Shown in pieces: positions 35,587-48,578 of a stretch of 64,000 nt of DNA. Made by a program: the position numbers and the translations under genes. How positions within the stretch are numbered: position 1 is the first letter of the stretch; the number at the start of each line of letters is the position of its first letter. Source of the stretch: Raillietiella orientalis (taxonomy: Eukaryota); the NCBI GenBank assembly GCA_036172245.1, contig JAYWIR010000051.1:62001-126000 (forward strand). The letters are read 5' to 3'. The notes beneath the pieces are model-generated. The model saw only the letters and a program-made list of their open reading frames with translations, did no database searches and was not told the origin of the DNA.

Positions 35587-38500
35587 CCAGAGTTTAAAGA
35601 GCGTAGCCGCGCCGAACGAGCGCTCCTTTCTGAAAGCTCTCGGAATCTTCGCGTGCCAAAGAGAAGAAAATCTGCTCTTCCGGTGCCAGGCGGTGAGCAC
35701 TTGGTGAAGAGCGCCTTCTCTGTTCTCCCGTTCTCTGGAAGCGCGAATCGGTGCTTCGCCGTAGGCACGCCGCTCCTCAACCTCCCCTTCTCATCAAGTG
35801 CTTGGCATGGAACAGATGCATCGGTCCCACATCTCGGGATGCCAAATTTCGCGGCTTCCTTTGACACCTCGATCGGAGCGCACGCCTTTCGATCAACACG
35901 GAGGCGATGCGTCTCCTCGAGTCGCACCGAGCTCCTGCTGGTCTTCGACCTGAGCACCGACCCATCCTCGAGGTTCTGCGAGCTACACGTCACTCCCCGA
36001 CTTCACTTTCTTCCACACTTTTTACGACCGGTTCTGTTCACCTCCGATCATCTCGAACCGTCTTGGAAAAGAAAAGGGAGGGGGGGGGAAGCGCTGAAAC
36101 CTTTCGGATGGGGGTGATTTCTTTGACGAGCCACCAGCAGCCTCCTTGCGGACCCCAAGTTATCAAAAGCTTGTCAGGGTAGGCATCTCGACGGGAATAA
36201 GAAGATACAGAGGGTAGGGCGGAGAGGGGTCAGTCATCAGGCGGTTGCAAATTGTCTCATGTAAGTCAGCAAGTGCCTGTATGGCAAGGTCTTCGAGAAG
36301 GTTCCCAGAAGACACGGAAAGCACCACCAACAGCCAGGAAGGCGCCAGTAATTTCCGCGAGAAACCACCTCCGGCCCCCTATTGTTCCGATTTCCCTTCA
36401 AGGTTCCACAGTGGCTCTGCTCGTGCTGCCCTGATTCTGCAGTCTTGCCGAATGGACCATACGCGACGTAATGGCAAGAAACTCAAAGCAACCGCATAAT
36501 CCCGCGACCGCAGCCAAGGGAGGCAAAGTTTTTTTTCGGATTTTGCGGCCGATAAGCTCCAAGAGCGCCGTATCCTTTCATGGCTCCCGTGTTCCAGAGA
36601 TTACTGCGGCAGGAGTGTCTTACCAGCTCGGAATCCCTCCGTTTAAGTCTGGAAAGCTCTGTGGACTGGTCTCCCAGAAAAGATTGTGTGCTTGTATTAC
36701 CATGACAGCAAGCAATCTGATGGTGAATTCGGTTCCATAATCCACTACACGAAGATCTATAAATGGTCTTAACTGTGGAGAAATGTGTCCGGCGAAATAT
36801 GGGAAAAGACGCAGTTCCGTATCGCTACTAACATTCAAGCTGCGACATGAAGCCACGTGTGGTTTCCGTCGAATCCTGGACGCCACCGTGGATCCCGGGG
36901 CTCATCCGGATTCGCTTCAATGCAATTAACAAATGTTAACCATCAGTTGAAGTTTTTAGCTGGTGCTGTTTCTCCATGAGCTTTCCATTTTCTGGGAGGA
37001 GTTGCAGGACCAATGGCGAAGAGAAGAAAACTTTTTTTTTCTTTGAAAATTCTATAGCTCGAGCGCGAAGACGAACAGAGAAGCATTTCCGCCCTCTTTA
37101 ATAGATGAAAGGATTTGGTCCGAATCTTCATGGAAAAGCATTCTAATTGCCGTCGAGAGCGGGATCTCCGGAATCCGCGTGCCGAATCGGCACACGTCAA
37201 GCCGTGATTATCGATCTAGATAGCGATCTTGTATCGTTCCAGTTATCCGTGTTTGAAGCTAAGACGGTACACGATAAACATTAGTGCGCGTATCTGTTGC
37301 TGGCAACCTTGGCCTGGAAATTAGGCAATACGGAATCATCACCTAGCGGAAACAGTTTTTGGATTAACTTGAGATGCATTCATTTTCCTGTTGCTGTTAC
37401 CACGCAGCGGCTGCCCGAGCTCGTCCCGTTAGACCGTCAGGTTTCCCTTGCAGCAGGGAATCGCGTGGTAGTTCTTGTCCGTAAGAATCTGGAAGAACGT
37501 CTGTAACTGATCGGGCAACATCAAAGAAAATGCCTACGATAGGGAATCCTTGAATTTTCAGGCCACTGTTTTTTACCAACTCTTTGGTATTTTAATTCCC
37601 CACGGAAACCATTCCGTGGCTAGAGGAAAGAAAAGAGAAACATATCTGCAGAGTGGAATTTTCGTCAAAATCAATAATCCTTTAATATTAGGTCCCTGAA
37701 AAGTGGGGTGATTGCTTCCTGAGTCTTGGTCCTTCTTTAGCTTGATGATTAGATTATTAACGATTAGATTGAGTTGTTAATCTTGTTTTCAATTTCCGAG
37801 GAAACTTTATGGATTCCAAAATTCTAGAGATGTTCTGATTAGTGGGCACGCAGTATCTTGCATTAAACTTCTCACCCTATTAAACAGGATGAACCCTTAG
37901 CCACATTCTCGAAATTTTCGGCGGTGAAAAGCCCTGCAGACCACTTCGTGTCGGTGCAGCAACACCACCCTCTGAAGATGGCAGGCAAGGAAGATCGCAC
38001 GGAGCCTCGCAACACGAAGCGTGCACTTTGTGCACTCGACCTTGGGAATACACTGCATGCCTTGCAGAGGAAGGAAACAGAAAGAATTACTTGCTACAGA
38101 CCCCGAGTCTTCCCGGAAGCCATAGAAAGCTGTGAATACAAGTAGGGGAGGTTGGTTGAATTTTGGAATTTGTCGGAGTTGCGACGAAAATTTCATATGC
38201 TGTGGGCAGCTTGAAGCAAGTCATCCGTCATCTTACATCGGATGCAAGAAGCTGAAGATGATTCCATAGCAGGCTCTCGGAATACACTGAAGTGGCAAGA
38301 TGCATTTGTTTTGGAGATGCACGGCATAACAAACTGCAGCCATGTTTGCAACCTACCGAAAGAGTTTCTCATCATGGCTGCTGGGCGATCAAGAGCAGAA
38401 ATTTTGCATTTTGAAAGTGGGTCAAAGTGGATTTGAAGCTTCGTGATCATCGCAAAAAAACACATAATTATAGTGGGACCACAGTGCTCATCCATCTTTT

Positions 38501-40979
38501 TAATGCAGATATTCTTGATGGCTTATCTCGCACAGTATTTATACCACACATGAACATGCAACGTGTATTACGACCACATGATAAAGTGAAGGTGCTGCCT
38601 CATGAGTAGTTTGCAATTTGCAAAAACGTCTTCAGGAAAATGCACTGTAAATGCATATTTTATTTTAATGTGTTATAAAAGAGACGAATGTGTTTTTATA
38701 CTGCACGGGTGCTCCAAATTGATTGTGTGACCATCATGTTTGGAGTGTTAAAACACACACTACCCGATCAAAATAAGCACATATTTTATTAGCCGTTATC
38801 GTTTCCATACGTGGTTGTAAAATTTGTCTGCTACATCTTTTGGTATTTTGATGTGTTTGTGCTGTATCGCTGCAGAGACAGTGTGCTGCCAACACGTGCG
38901 CATTTGTCCTCCCTAAGCTTCCTCTGACTAATTCCTTAAAAAGCAAAAAAATTGGTGTCGGTTCAGCAAAAACAAGATGATTAGACATGTGCTTCCAAAA
39001 CAACAAAAAAGGGAAAAGACCTCGATACGCTTTTTTTTTTTTTCTCTCACAAAAATAATTCAAAATGGAACCCGCATTTTACGCACATTCACACCAAAGT
39101 CTCTCTCACTGAGGTGTACTTGGGAAAAGTTGGCATGCCTGTCTTTCCCTCATGCATATAGGAGTGGGAGTCATTGCGTGGATGACTCTATGGATGAGCT
39201 CCTTGGCGGGACGACCAGAAAATGCCCCGAAAATGATTGCGACTTTCGGAATTCCTCGGTAAATCTCAGGAGATCGAGATGCTGACAATTGAAGTAATTA
39301 TCATGGATACAGCTGCGTACCGGAGAATCCCCCAGCCTCCTAGCAAACAGTTCAATATTTCTTGCATTGGAAACACACCGATGGGATGCTGGGGAAGCAG
39401 GATGACATCCCACGTTATTTGTTACGCATGCCGCACGCGGTGTTAATTCTATCGGGAAACACAGTGATGGATGAGCCAAGAGCCACCGTCGAGCCGCGCT
39501 CTCACCCCCCCCCCCCCCCCCTCACGCAGCGAGCGCAACAGGTGGAGGAACACCCGTTTCGAGCGTCCTTCCTCCCAACAATGAGAGCACCCTTCCTATA
39601 AATAGCTCCAATGGCGGCTTAGGCCTAGACTAGTCGCTGGGTTTTCATGTGCTGCTGGCAGGAGTGCAGTCCGTCTGTGATCGATAAATGCAAAACGCCT
39701 TTTCGGTTGAGAATGTTCCTCAAGTGTAAATTATTGATTGCCGGTTCCAGGATGTGGAAAATGAATATCAGGTGTTAGAATTCTGCTGAAGCTCATGAGA
39801 AAGGCAAGTGAATCTCTGGACTTCCCGCAGGATGAAGCCCCCCGTTGCACTGCACCCAACCTAAAAGCTCGCACGGCTTACCTCGAAAACTTCCAGTAAG
39901 CGAAGTTAATTCCCGACTGCGAAACAAAAAAAGACACCATCAATGCATCGCAAGCGGTGCATTCATCTTTGTTTTCATCTATCACGGCTCGATGAGCTCC
40001 TAATTAAACGCGCGCGCAAAAAAAAAAAAAAAAAAGGCAAAAAAAAGTGTGCGGAAAAAGCAAACGCAAAAACACAACTGACACGGAGCTCAGAGGAAGC
40101 CCTCACAAAGGAGGACTTTGGACCGGCGAAGCGAATTGCTGCGCAAGTACGGAAGGGAACGCAACGAGCACCCTGCGTACTCCTCTCTTGCCTCATTAAG
40201 AAGCCTGGGAGGTCGATGAAGTCTTGTTTTGGAGAGTCGTGGTGAGGTGTAAGATGAGACTTGATGAGTACACGAATTTTTTGTGAACCAAAAAAAAACA
40301 ACAAAACTTCGAAGAAAATAGAGAGAGAGATTGGCTTCAGTCCCTCGATGTTCCTTGGAATGTGGGCTCTCCTGATTCATTCTCATCAAAAGAAGATAAA
40401 ATTCCTTTCCCGTCCGGCAGCGAAAAAGCGAGGATCGTATGGTTCCTTCCAAGAAGGAAAAGGAACAGAATTTCCGGATCATCCGTTTTTTTTCAGCTGT
40501 TAGCAATGACCGTTGGGCTGGATGACAGATGAGCTTGAGAGGACAGGAACAGACTGGAGTTTTTTTTCTCCTGAGTAGGCAGAAAGAGGAAAAAGAGAGA
40601 GAGAGAGAGAGAGAAAGCTAGGATCTAGGAAACCAAAGTGCCGAGGTAACCGCAATCCCAGACGAAATTTCGAGGGAACTCGGAGGTAGAAGTGAAATCG
40701 CGACGAGGCGAGAGGAGGAACAGTTGCTAGGGAGTAGCTCAGATCCGTCACGCAGTTCTTCCCAGGAAGGTGATGGTGATTCTCTTACCCTCCTGTCGGG
40801 AATGCTAGGGTTCAGCCTTCGGGAGATCCCCATGAGCCGAGTATCATTTTTCCCGAGAAGCTAACCAAGAGGAAAGAAGGGAAGGAGGGGGAAAAGACTC
40901 CAAGGATCGAAGGTCGATCTCTGAGATCCCTCTCCCTTCAACCCGTTTGCTCTCGCATTCCAGAGACTCACTTTGAGAG

Positions 40980-42340
40980 CCCGAAGTTACTCTTGACTCC
41001 CTGACTCATTCTGAGGAAGAGAACAATTGCCGTCAACACCAGTATTGGGGAGCCTCTTCCAACGATGTAGCGTCCCTAGCCACTCATGCAAAATTTTCTC
41101 TCGCCTCCTCATCCTCGGAGCTACCCATTTTGGTTTCCGTATAAGATTTACGAGGAGGTCAGGGTTTTCCATAGGGAGAGTTCTAGCAGTCTTTCATCGT
41201 TAAGTGTGCAAACGGAGGCATTCCTGGTCTCCCTCGAGCTTTCCGTTCTCTGCGTTTCTTCTCGCTTGGTGAAGGAAGGATAGGTTTAGGAGGCATCTCC
41301 GAAAAACAGAGGAAATGTTAGTATCTAGTAATTTCATTCGCACCTCTATTGTGTTCTGAGCAGGTAACGAAAAGTTCGCGAGCTGAGTCTTTTCTAATGT
41401 TCTTCCCCTGATGCTCGTCAGAAGCTTCTCGTTCTTCTCCCAGTGCCTGTAGATCCCTTACATTCTTCACCTCCTGGAGTTCTCTCAGCCATCCCGTTCT
41501 CGTCAACCATAATACTTCTTGTATACTGTCAGAAGACAAAAGACTTGCCATCTGGAGAGTCCACACAGAATTTCCCACGCAGGAGCGAATGTCTGTCGGG
41601 ATTGGCAGGTAACCAGAAAGTGGGGATCTGAGAGCAAGCCTCACTGTCACTGCTGGACCTTACACAACCAGTCGATCTTTCCCATCTTACAAAAGCAATC
41701 CTCGCAGTGAAAGTGGATGCGAGCTGCACTGGTCTTTGTGCTGCTCTCCGAGGAGCATCCTGATTCCTAGGTCCCTGGCATAACATGTGTATGGGTGAAG
41801 CAGTGGGTCAGAACAGGGAAACCGCTCAATTCCTCGTTCCTCTGCCTCGGGATTTTTAAACCGTCCGCAGCTTCCACCTGTTTCGTACGAAGTTCTCTCA
41901 AAAGTTTTTGAGGTTCTCTCAAGCGTTCTCCAGCTCACGTGAAGAATGCTCCTTGCAACCCATTCCAAAGCCTGTTCTGCCTGTTTGCAGCTGCAGCTCC
42001 CACCAAGCAGGTGCTTCCATAATTTCTAAAATTTCTAAACTTCCATAATGTCGAAACGAAGGAGGAAATCTTCTACAAGAGCAAGAGAGCAGAATCGAAA
42101 GGATAGGCAAAAAGGGTGCAGGACAGGAACATTTCAAGACGCTCAGACCTTGATGCACGGAGACACATTTCCCAAGTGCTTTTTCGGCAACTCTTCCGCT
42201 ATGGAGATGGCGGAGAATTCCATCGTTTCTGAAATATTCCCGCGCTCTCTCAAGTGTCAGAGCGCGTTGCATGTCTGTGTGTCGGGTGTTTTGATTGGCA
42301 CGCGTGTGAAAACCGAGCGACGTGTCGTCCATGCTCGCGG
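40980..42340 (-). mobile_element. Highly decayed L1/Tx1-type ORF2 C-terminus (zf-RVT-like)
   Basis: LIRKPKWVAPR..KILHEWLGTLHRWKRLPNTGVDGNCSLPQNESGSQE (40987..41172) resembles the zf-RVT pattern. The upstream extent is uncertain. Confidence 0.45.
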
Positions 42341-42473
42341 GTGATTCAATCTTGAATGATAGAAAGAGATTAGCTAACTTCCCAACATCCCACCATCCAA
42401 TTTCAATTCGGAAGTCGCCTTCCGGATTGAAATTAACTCCCTGATCTCTTGAATGTTTTTTTTTTTTTTCCAG

Positions 42474-42545
42474 GGACATGAGCTATAACAGCATCACCAT
42501 GGTGAACGAAGATTCCCTCAAAGGGCTGATTTATCTGGAGAACCT
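42474..42545 (+). CDS. rk: LGR exon 2 (LRR1, 72 nt)
   Basis: Poly-T tract then CCAG acceptor, (L)DMSYNSITMVNEDSLKGLIYLENL, GTAAGT donor. Confidence 0.93.
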
Positions 42546-44639
42546 GTAAGTTGAGTTATCGTTTCGGTTCTGCCAGGGGCTTCTCTTCTCATTTTCCAAT
42601 CTCTCGTTGATGAAAGACATCAGCAGAGGAAACGGAGATTTGGAACATTTTCTTCACGCTATGATAGAGAGCACGAACTGCAGCATCTTTTTTCTGCCTT
42701 GCATCCGTCTTCACTGATCGAATGCTATTCATCATCACTCGATTCACTCACTGAGGAAAGTCATGCGTTACTGACGTCCCAGATGAGCGAGGATAATGAA
42801 ACGCTCCCTGCGACAGGAAGGCTTTCGTTTCCGAACTCTGCTCTTGGAAGTTCGGCAGCGAGAAACGCCATTTCCTGCGCATCAGGCAGTCTGCATCGGC
42901 TGCGGGGGCAAGTCGGCAGCGCGAGCGACGCCGCTTGTATGGCCTCCGGATCGAAGACGAAGGAACAGCCGTCCTCTCCCCCCCCCGCAGATCCTTCGAC
43001 GATCCATGAAGGTCCGTCTTTTTCTTGTTTCCTTTTTTTTTTTTCACCGCTCGCGATCCCAACTTGCACCAAACTCCTGCCTCGAAGAGGAGCTCAGCTT
43101 CGGTGCGCGGAGCGATCCGCCGTGATTTTGGCGAAGACTCCTCCATCCACTCCCTCTAGACGTTCCGGCAGGAGCCGCCTGGTTTGCCCCAGCATTTGCC
43201 GGGCTCTTCGGCTTCCAGCGCGGCGTCTACCTTGACGCACAACAGACTTGCGATGTTGCGTTGCTCCGACACCACGGTGGGCAGAACACTCGTCTGTTAG
43301 GGAGTTTTCCTTGCTCACCTCCCAACCTCCTCGTGGGACCTGCCATCTCTCGGAGGTTTCTGAAGGCATCTGAGGGACCCACGAGTTTGAGAGCGTTTCA
43401 TCGGGGAGGGTGGTTGGATTGGACCGAGGTAGCTGACCTCCTGGCGTTCCTTTGCCAGCGAGGTTCCGCAGCTTTTAGCCGAAATCCAGGAAATCCCCAT
43501 CGGAACGAAGGGGCGCCGTTCCGACGCGCTGCTTCGGCACCGCAAGCCCACTCCATCCTAGAGTTTTTTTTCGTAGGAGCACGCGTTCGAGGAAGACTGG
43601 ACTTCCCGAGAGAGCCCATCTGTGCGCCACGACCCGGAAACGGTGCCTGGACACCTCACTAGGAGCAGTATGGAGGGGTGGGGGGAAGGGGAGGGAGTCG
43701 CATGTCTCGGAAGCGTTCCCCTCGAACAGCGGGGTTCCCTGCGTGTCGCTTGGCGGAGCCGGAACGGGGGCGGGCGAATCCCAGAGGACGAGCAGACTGG
43801 CCGAGAGAAGATGCCAGCGGCAGCGTAGCTGACTCGTCCAAGGATGTGCGAATCCGTGAAATCAGCTCCACTGAGATTATGCGGGAGACCCGCCATCTCT
43901 CTCTCACTGCATCTTCTTTCTGCCGCCTCACCTCTCCCAGGGGGCCGCTTGCTCGCGCTTCCTTGCGTCGTCCATGTGGTCCCCCGCTCGGCCACCCTCC
44001 TCCGGGGGAAACGCGGAGCAGCATCCGTTTGAGTGGGACGACCCTCACCCAGGACTCGAGGGGAACTCTGAGATGCTGGGAGAGCGTCAGCGCAGAAGGA
44101 GGCCCGGTGATTCGGTTATGCGGGCGCAGGGACTCTGGAAGACATGCGCTCCAGAAGAAGAAGGAAAAGGAATAGAGAAGAGGGGTCATAATCCCAGGTT
44201 GCGGCGAGGATGAACTCGCAAAAGAGGGTTTTCCTCCGGGAAGGACAGCGCAAACCTCCTCGATCTCCAGAGGCTCGCGACCAACCGCTACTTCCAAACG
44301 AGGGCTTCGTTAGCGCGGGCTGGATGGGGGAGTCCCCAAAGCAGAAAGACGACTCTGCGGCCACAGTCCCCAGGGGAATGCCAAGTGATTTTTTTTTCCC
44401 CTCCGGCTCCCCGGAAGCTCCCCATGGTCAGCTCTCTGAGGGTCAGAGTATCCTCGTCGCGGGGAGGCCGCTCGAGGTTGTCGCCGACATCCAGGATGTA
44501 TCCAAGATTGTTTCCGTCCCTCGAAGCACCCCGGTCGCCATGAAAGATGTTCTGCACGCGCGCGCGCGCGACTCATGCCGGTGCGGAGCTCCTCCCGATG
44601 GTGAAGACGGCTGACTTATTCGTTCGCGAAGCCTGGCGT

Positions 44640-44800
44640 TTTCACCCGGATATGCCGGGGCATTTATTTAATAATAAAAATACAATAAATTTTCTCGTGG
44701 CGAACCCATTGGCTCACCACTCCAAGACAGCTTGCTCCTTGCCGGCCTGGAACCGGCGAGGTCCTTCCGACGCGCTGGGGTTGGGAAAGCCGGGCGGCGG
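44640..44800 (-). mobile_element. 3' end of another family member (element D) in LGR intron 2
   Basis: 26-nt identity with A's terminus (44643-44668 equals 848-873), plus both upstream hairpins and the TTTCCC..GGACCT motif. The 5' boundary is unclear and may extend to about 44880. Confidence 0.85.
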
Positions 44801-46465
44801 CGCGGGTCAAGGTCGCCTGAAACCAGCCCTACGGGGCGCTGCCACTCAACACGGCCTCCCGAGGGTGGAAACTAGGCTCAACCCCCCCCGCGGAAGAGGA
44901 GATGGACGGTCACGAGGGAGCCGCGGTCATTCCCTTCTGGAGCGGCTGGTTCCCTGCTGATGCTGACCCCCTCCTTGAGATGGAAGAAGGCAGGACGCTC
45001 TCCCTCCCTTGGTCCATTCCTTGATGGGATGAAGGTGACCAGAGCCGGGCACTGCACCTCTGCCTCCATCCAGTTTCCTCGAGAGACGACCCTTCTGCAG
45101 GGAGCGCACCGAAGCAGGAGTTGGCTCTACCCACCCGCTGAGGGTCCTCCCTCAGCAACGAAGCCGGTGGACTCTTCCGCAGGATCGAGAATGCCCCACC
45201 GGGTCTTCCGAGAGTGAACGTTTACGCCTCGGTCTCCGCTTCTCTCCCTGCCCCCGGAGTCATCCCTTTAAGCGGTCCGCCTCCTCCCGGCTGGCGCCGC
45301 TGGGAACGCGGGGCACGTCGTCTGCCAAAGGCGGGCCCTGAGAGGGCCGGCCCGTCCGAGCTCCCTCCTCTACTCAGCCCCGGGGAATAGAATGCTTTTC
45401 GGGCAGGAGGCGGATGCTCCGTAGGAGGAGGGACGTCCGTGGCGCTCCCCCAAAGCGCGCAGGATCCCGGCCGATCCGAGTGCGCGCTCAGGGAAAGGGA
45501 AGGGATGGGTGGGAGTTAGTCAGTTCCGACCTTCCGGCCGGGGGAATGGGTCTTCGTTAGGCTTCCCCTACCCCCCCGTCCCCTCTCCCTTTCCGCGTGT
45601 AAATTAATTTCCCGTGACGCTCAGTGTTGCCAAGTTCAGAGGCCACGACTTCATTAGGCGCGCGTCTTCGTTGCCCTTCTCCCTTCCTGCTCCTCTCCCA
45701 ATCAATCTTCGGCTTATTCGGGATTGATTGGGAGAGAATTCAAGCGTGCGACTCCGGATTTGCAGCCTCGTCGCCATGGGAATACGCGATGCGATCCCCG
45801 CGGTTTCCTCCGCCCTTCCCGACGTCTGCCAAGGTCTGCAGCGGCTTGGGGCTCTCAGACGTTCCCATGAGACCACGAGGCGGGTAAATCATCGAGAGAA
45901 CGATGTGGGAGGGGGAGGAGGAGGGTCATCCTGGAGGTTTCCTAGGATGCTCCCCCCCCCTCTCTTCCTTCTCGTCCTCTTCCTCTTCTTCGGCTCCCTT
46001 TGCCCCTTGTGCCTGCGCGCGCAGGACGATGACTCCGCCGGCCGGGTCGAGCCGGCGGTGGAAGGCTTCCGGAAGGGAAGACACCCCCTGCCGGCGAAGG
46101 TCGGCAGCATACCCTGAGGCGGTGGCGACCGCGCAGGGCCGGATGCCCCTGTTCGTCCTAGGAGCTGCCTTCCTCGTTCTATCCCCCTTCTCCTCACACT
46201 CTTCTACCGAGAAAGTTCGAGCCTCTCCTCACAATCGGGGTCAGCTGACCGTCACCTCCGGCACTGCAAACTTAAATGTTCGCAGAAAGCTCGAAGCATA
46301 TCCGCGTGGCTGCCCCCGCTGCGTGGTCCAGGAGGCGGGCTCTCGCGTGCCGTCCTATCCTCCGGCGCTCCTATTCCCCCCTCGTTGCCCTCAGGATTCT
46401 TCTCCCGCGCCCGCACCGCTCTGGGTTGCCCAGTAGACCGCATCAGTTCCTGTCTCGTGTTCCAG

Positions 46466-46534
46466 GTACCTCGACGGCAACCAGATCCAGGCGTTTCATC
46501 CGGCTGCCTTCCGGGACGTCTTCCTGAAGAGGCT
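46466..46534 (+). CDS. rk: LGR exon 3 (LRR2, 69 nt)
   Basis: TTCCAG acceptor, (L)YLDGNQIQAFHPAAFRDVFLKRL, GTTAGT donor. Confidence 0.9.
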
Positions 46535-48506
46535 GTTAGTACGGTTGAGTGCTCCTTTCGGGCCGGGGCCATGGACCGCTCCCTACGCCTCTCCTGGACT
46601 CTTCCCTATCCTGGGAAAGACGACCTCCTCCCCTCCTCTCCTTCGCACCGCCTCTGAGGACGGGGAAAGAGGGCGCCTCCTCTAGACGGGGAGCCCTACC
46701 GATGACGACCACACCACAACACGAGAAGCGCAAGCGTGCGCATGCCTCCCCCTCCAGAAAGGGAGCGGAGGGACACCGTCGCCCAGAGGAGTGCAGACCC
46801 TCTAAGATCTCCAGTCGCAGAAAAGGGGACTAGCGGATTCATCGCACGTTGCGCCATCTCCCTTCTCACGCCCTCGTGGGGGCCTCTGGAGGCGAGAAGG
46901 ACCGTCCTCCTGGGCCGTCCTCCTGGGCTCCCGGACCCATCTCCCGCCGATTCCGGGCACGCGAGGCGGGACACAACGCGCGTGCGGCGTGCATTGCCTA
47001 GTGCACACCGGGGAACAGAGCGTGCAACGACACGTTGTGCGCCCGCGTTCCACGATGAAGCGAGTGCCGTGAGCAACCGCTGTGCATGGCAGATGGCGCG
47101 CGCCGCAACGTGGCACAATGCGATATCCGGTACCAAGAGCGCGGGCTCACGATGCAACGGCTGCGGTGTGCCCAACGCGGTGCGTGCTCGGCGCCCAAGC
47201 GCCGGGCACAGCTTGGACCTTCCCGAGCTCGCATCACAGATGGATGCCACGACCCTGCCGATGCTCAGATAGCGCAGGGGGTGAGTCCGCGGGCTCCTAC
47301 CACGGACAGGTGGGAAAGGGAACTGCAGTGGGACTCCAGCTCCAGCACGCAAGCTACAGCTCCCCTCGGAGCCACAGCGCCCGTGCGACTGCCACGCGGC
47401 GGCGGTGGCAGTCCGATCGCTTCTGCCGCGGCTGCTCTCCCCTCTCAAGGCCACGGGGGGAGACAGCCGAAATTTCCACCGGGAGTCAGGCGGGCGCCGC
47501 CGGAGGTATCTCATCCTTCCGGCTGCGGCCATCGGAGAAGTGGTTGAGGCATCGCCGTTCTCCGCGATGGATCCCCGGACGCACAGCCGGCCGGCTAGGG
47601 AGTGCTCGTCCTCGAGTCATGACCGCGCAGCTGTGACCATTTTTCTAGTGGCCACCACTCTCCACCGCACCGAAAGAAGAAGGAGGGGGCTGCGAGGACG
47701 AATCGAAGGGTAGGAGTGCGGAGTGCCTTCCTCCTCCGCACTCATGTGCACCCCAGAAACGTGTCCTCCCTTTCGCCTCTGGGGAGGCGATCTCTGCCTC
47801 CGCAGTCACGTGCAAGTCCAGTGCGTCCACCGCTCAGTCCCGTGCCTGAGAGGTGGCCACACGAGAACCCGGCGGCAGGAGGCGTCATTTGATACGTTCT
47901 CTCCAGCCCCACGCGGAGGAGCCGTCGCTTTCCTAGGGGAATTTTCTGATAGCTGTGCACGAAGCTTACAAAAAAAGCTCAGGGCCACGGAGGAGGGCAG
48001 GCACCTTGCTGGTGACCTTTTGTACCCCACTCTCCGGGAAATGACCTCTTCTTCCTCCCTTCGCGACTGACCCCTCACTTAGGAGCTGACCTTTCCCGGG
48101 TCGTGCACCTCCGGATGCCATGGGCGTTTCTCGTAGCTTATGCCCCCAAACCTGAGAGCCCTGCGCTGTGGTCCTGCCCCGGTTGTTTCTTGCAGACAGT
48201 CCCCTCTGCATCTGGCCCCCTGCAGAGGAACGGGGCCGACGCCGTCAGGGCGCAATCCCTTCACTCCCTTAGCCCGCGCGCCAAGCGAAGGAGAGGTGCG
48301 CTCATGGTGCTGACCACACGATCTAGAGAACAGCATTCTTGGGTAGTCTGGTCTGTCCACCCCCGAGTAGAAGCCTGCGTGACCTCATTGCCACCGAGCT
48401 GCAACTATGGCCCGTCGCGCATCGCCCTCTGTTTTCCTACCCTCCTGACCGCTGTTCCCATAGCAACGGTGAGACGGCAGCATTCTCCCTCCACATGTCT
48501 TTGCAG

Positions 48507-48578
48507 GTCCCTCAAAAATGCTGACCTGCACTCCCTGCCAGATGTGGGCGCCGTGATTCTGAAAACCCTGGAGATCCT
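48507..48578 (+). CDS. rk: LGR exon 4 (LRR3, 72 nt)
   Basis: TTTGCAG acceptor, (L)SLKNADLHSLPDVGAVILKTLEIL, GTGAGT donor. Confidence 0.88.

Noticed and set aside
37900..38650. Short ORFs suggestive of a decayed transposase
   Set aside because: No identifiable catalytic motif or terminal repeats.
39597..39636. TATAAATA with a downstream Inr-like CTAGTC
   Set aside because: No associated ORF, LTR pair or splice evidence.
45491..45513. G-quadruplex motif GGGAAAGGGAAGGGATGGGTGGG
   Set aside because: G-runs are abundant throughout this purine-skewed region, so nothing singles this one out.
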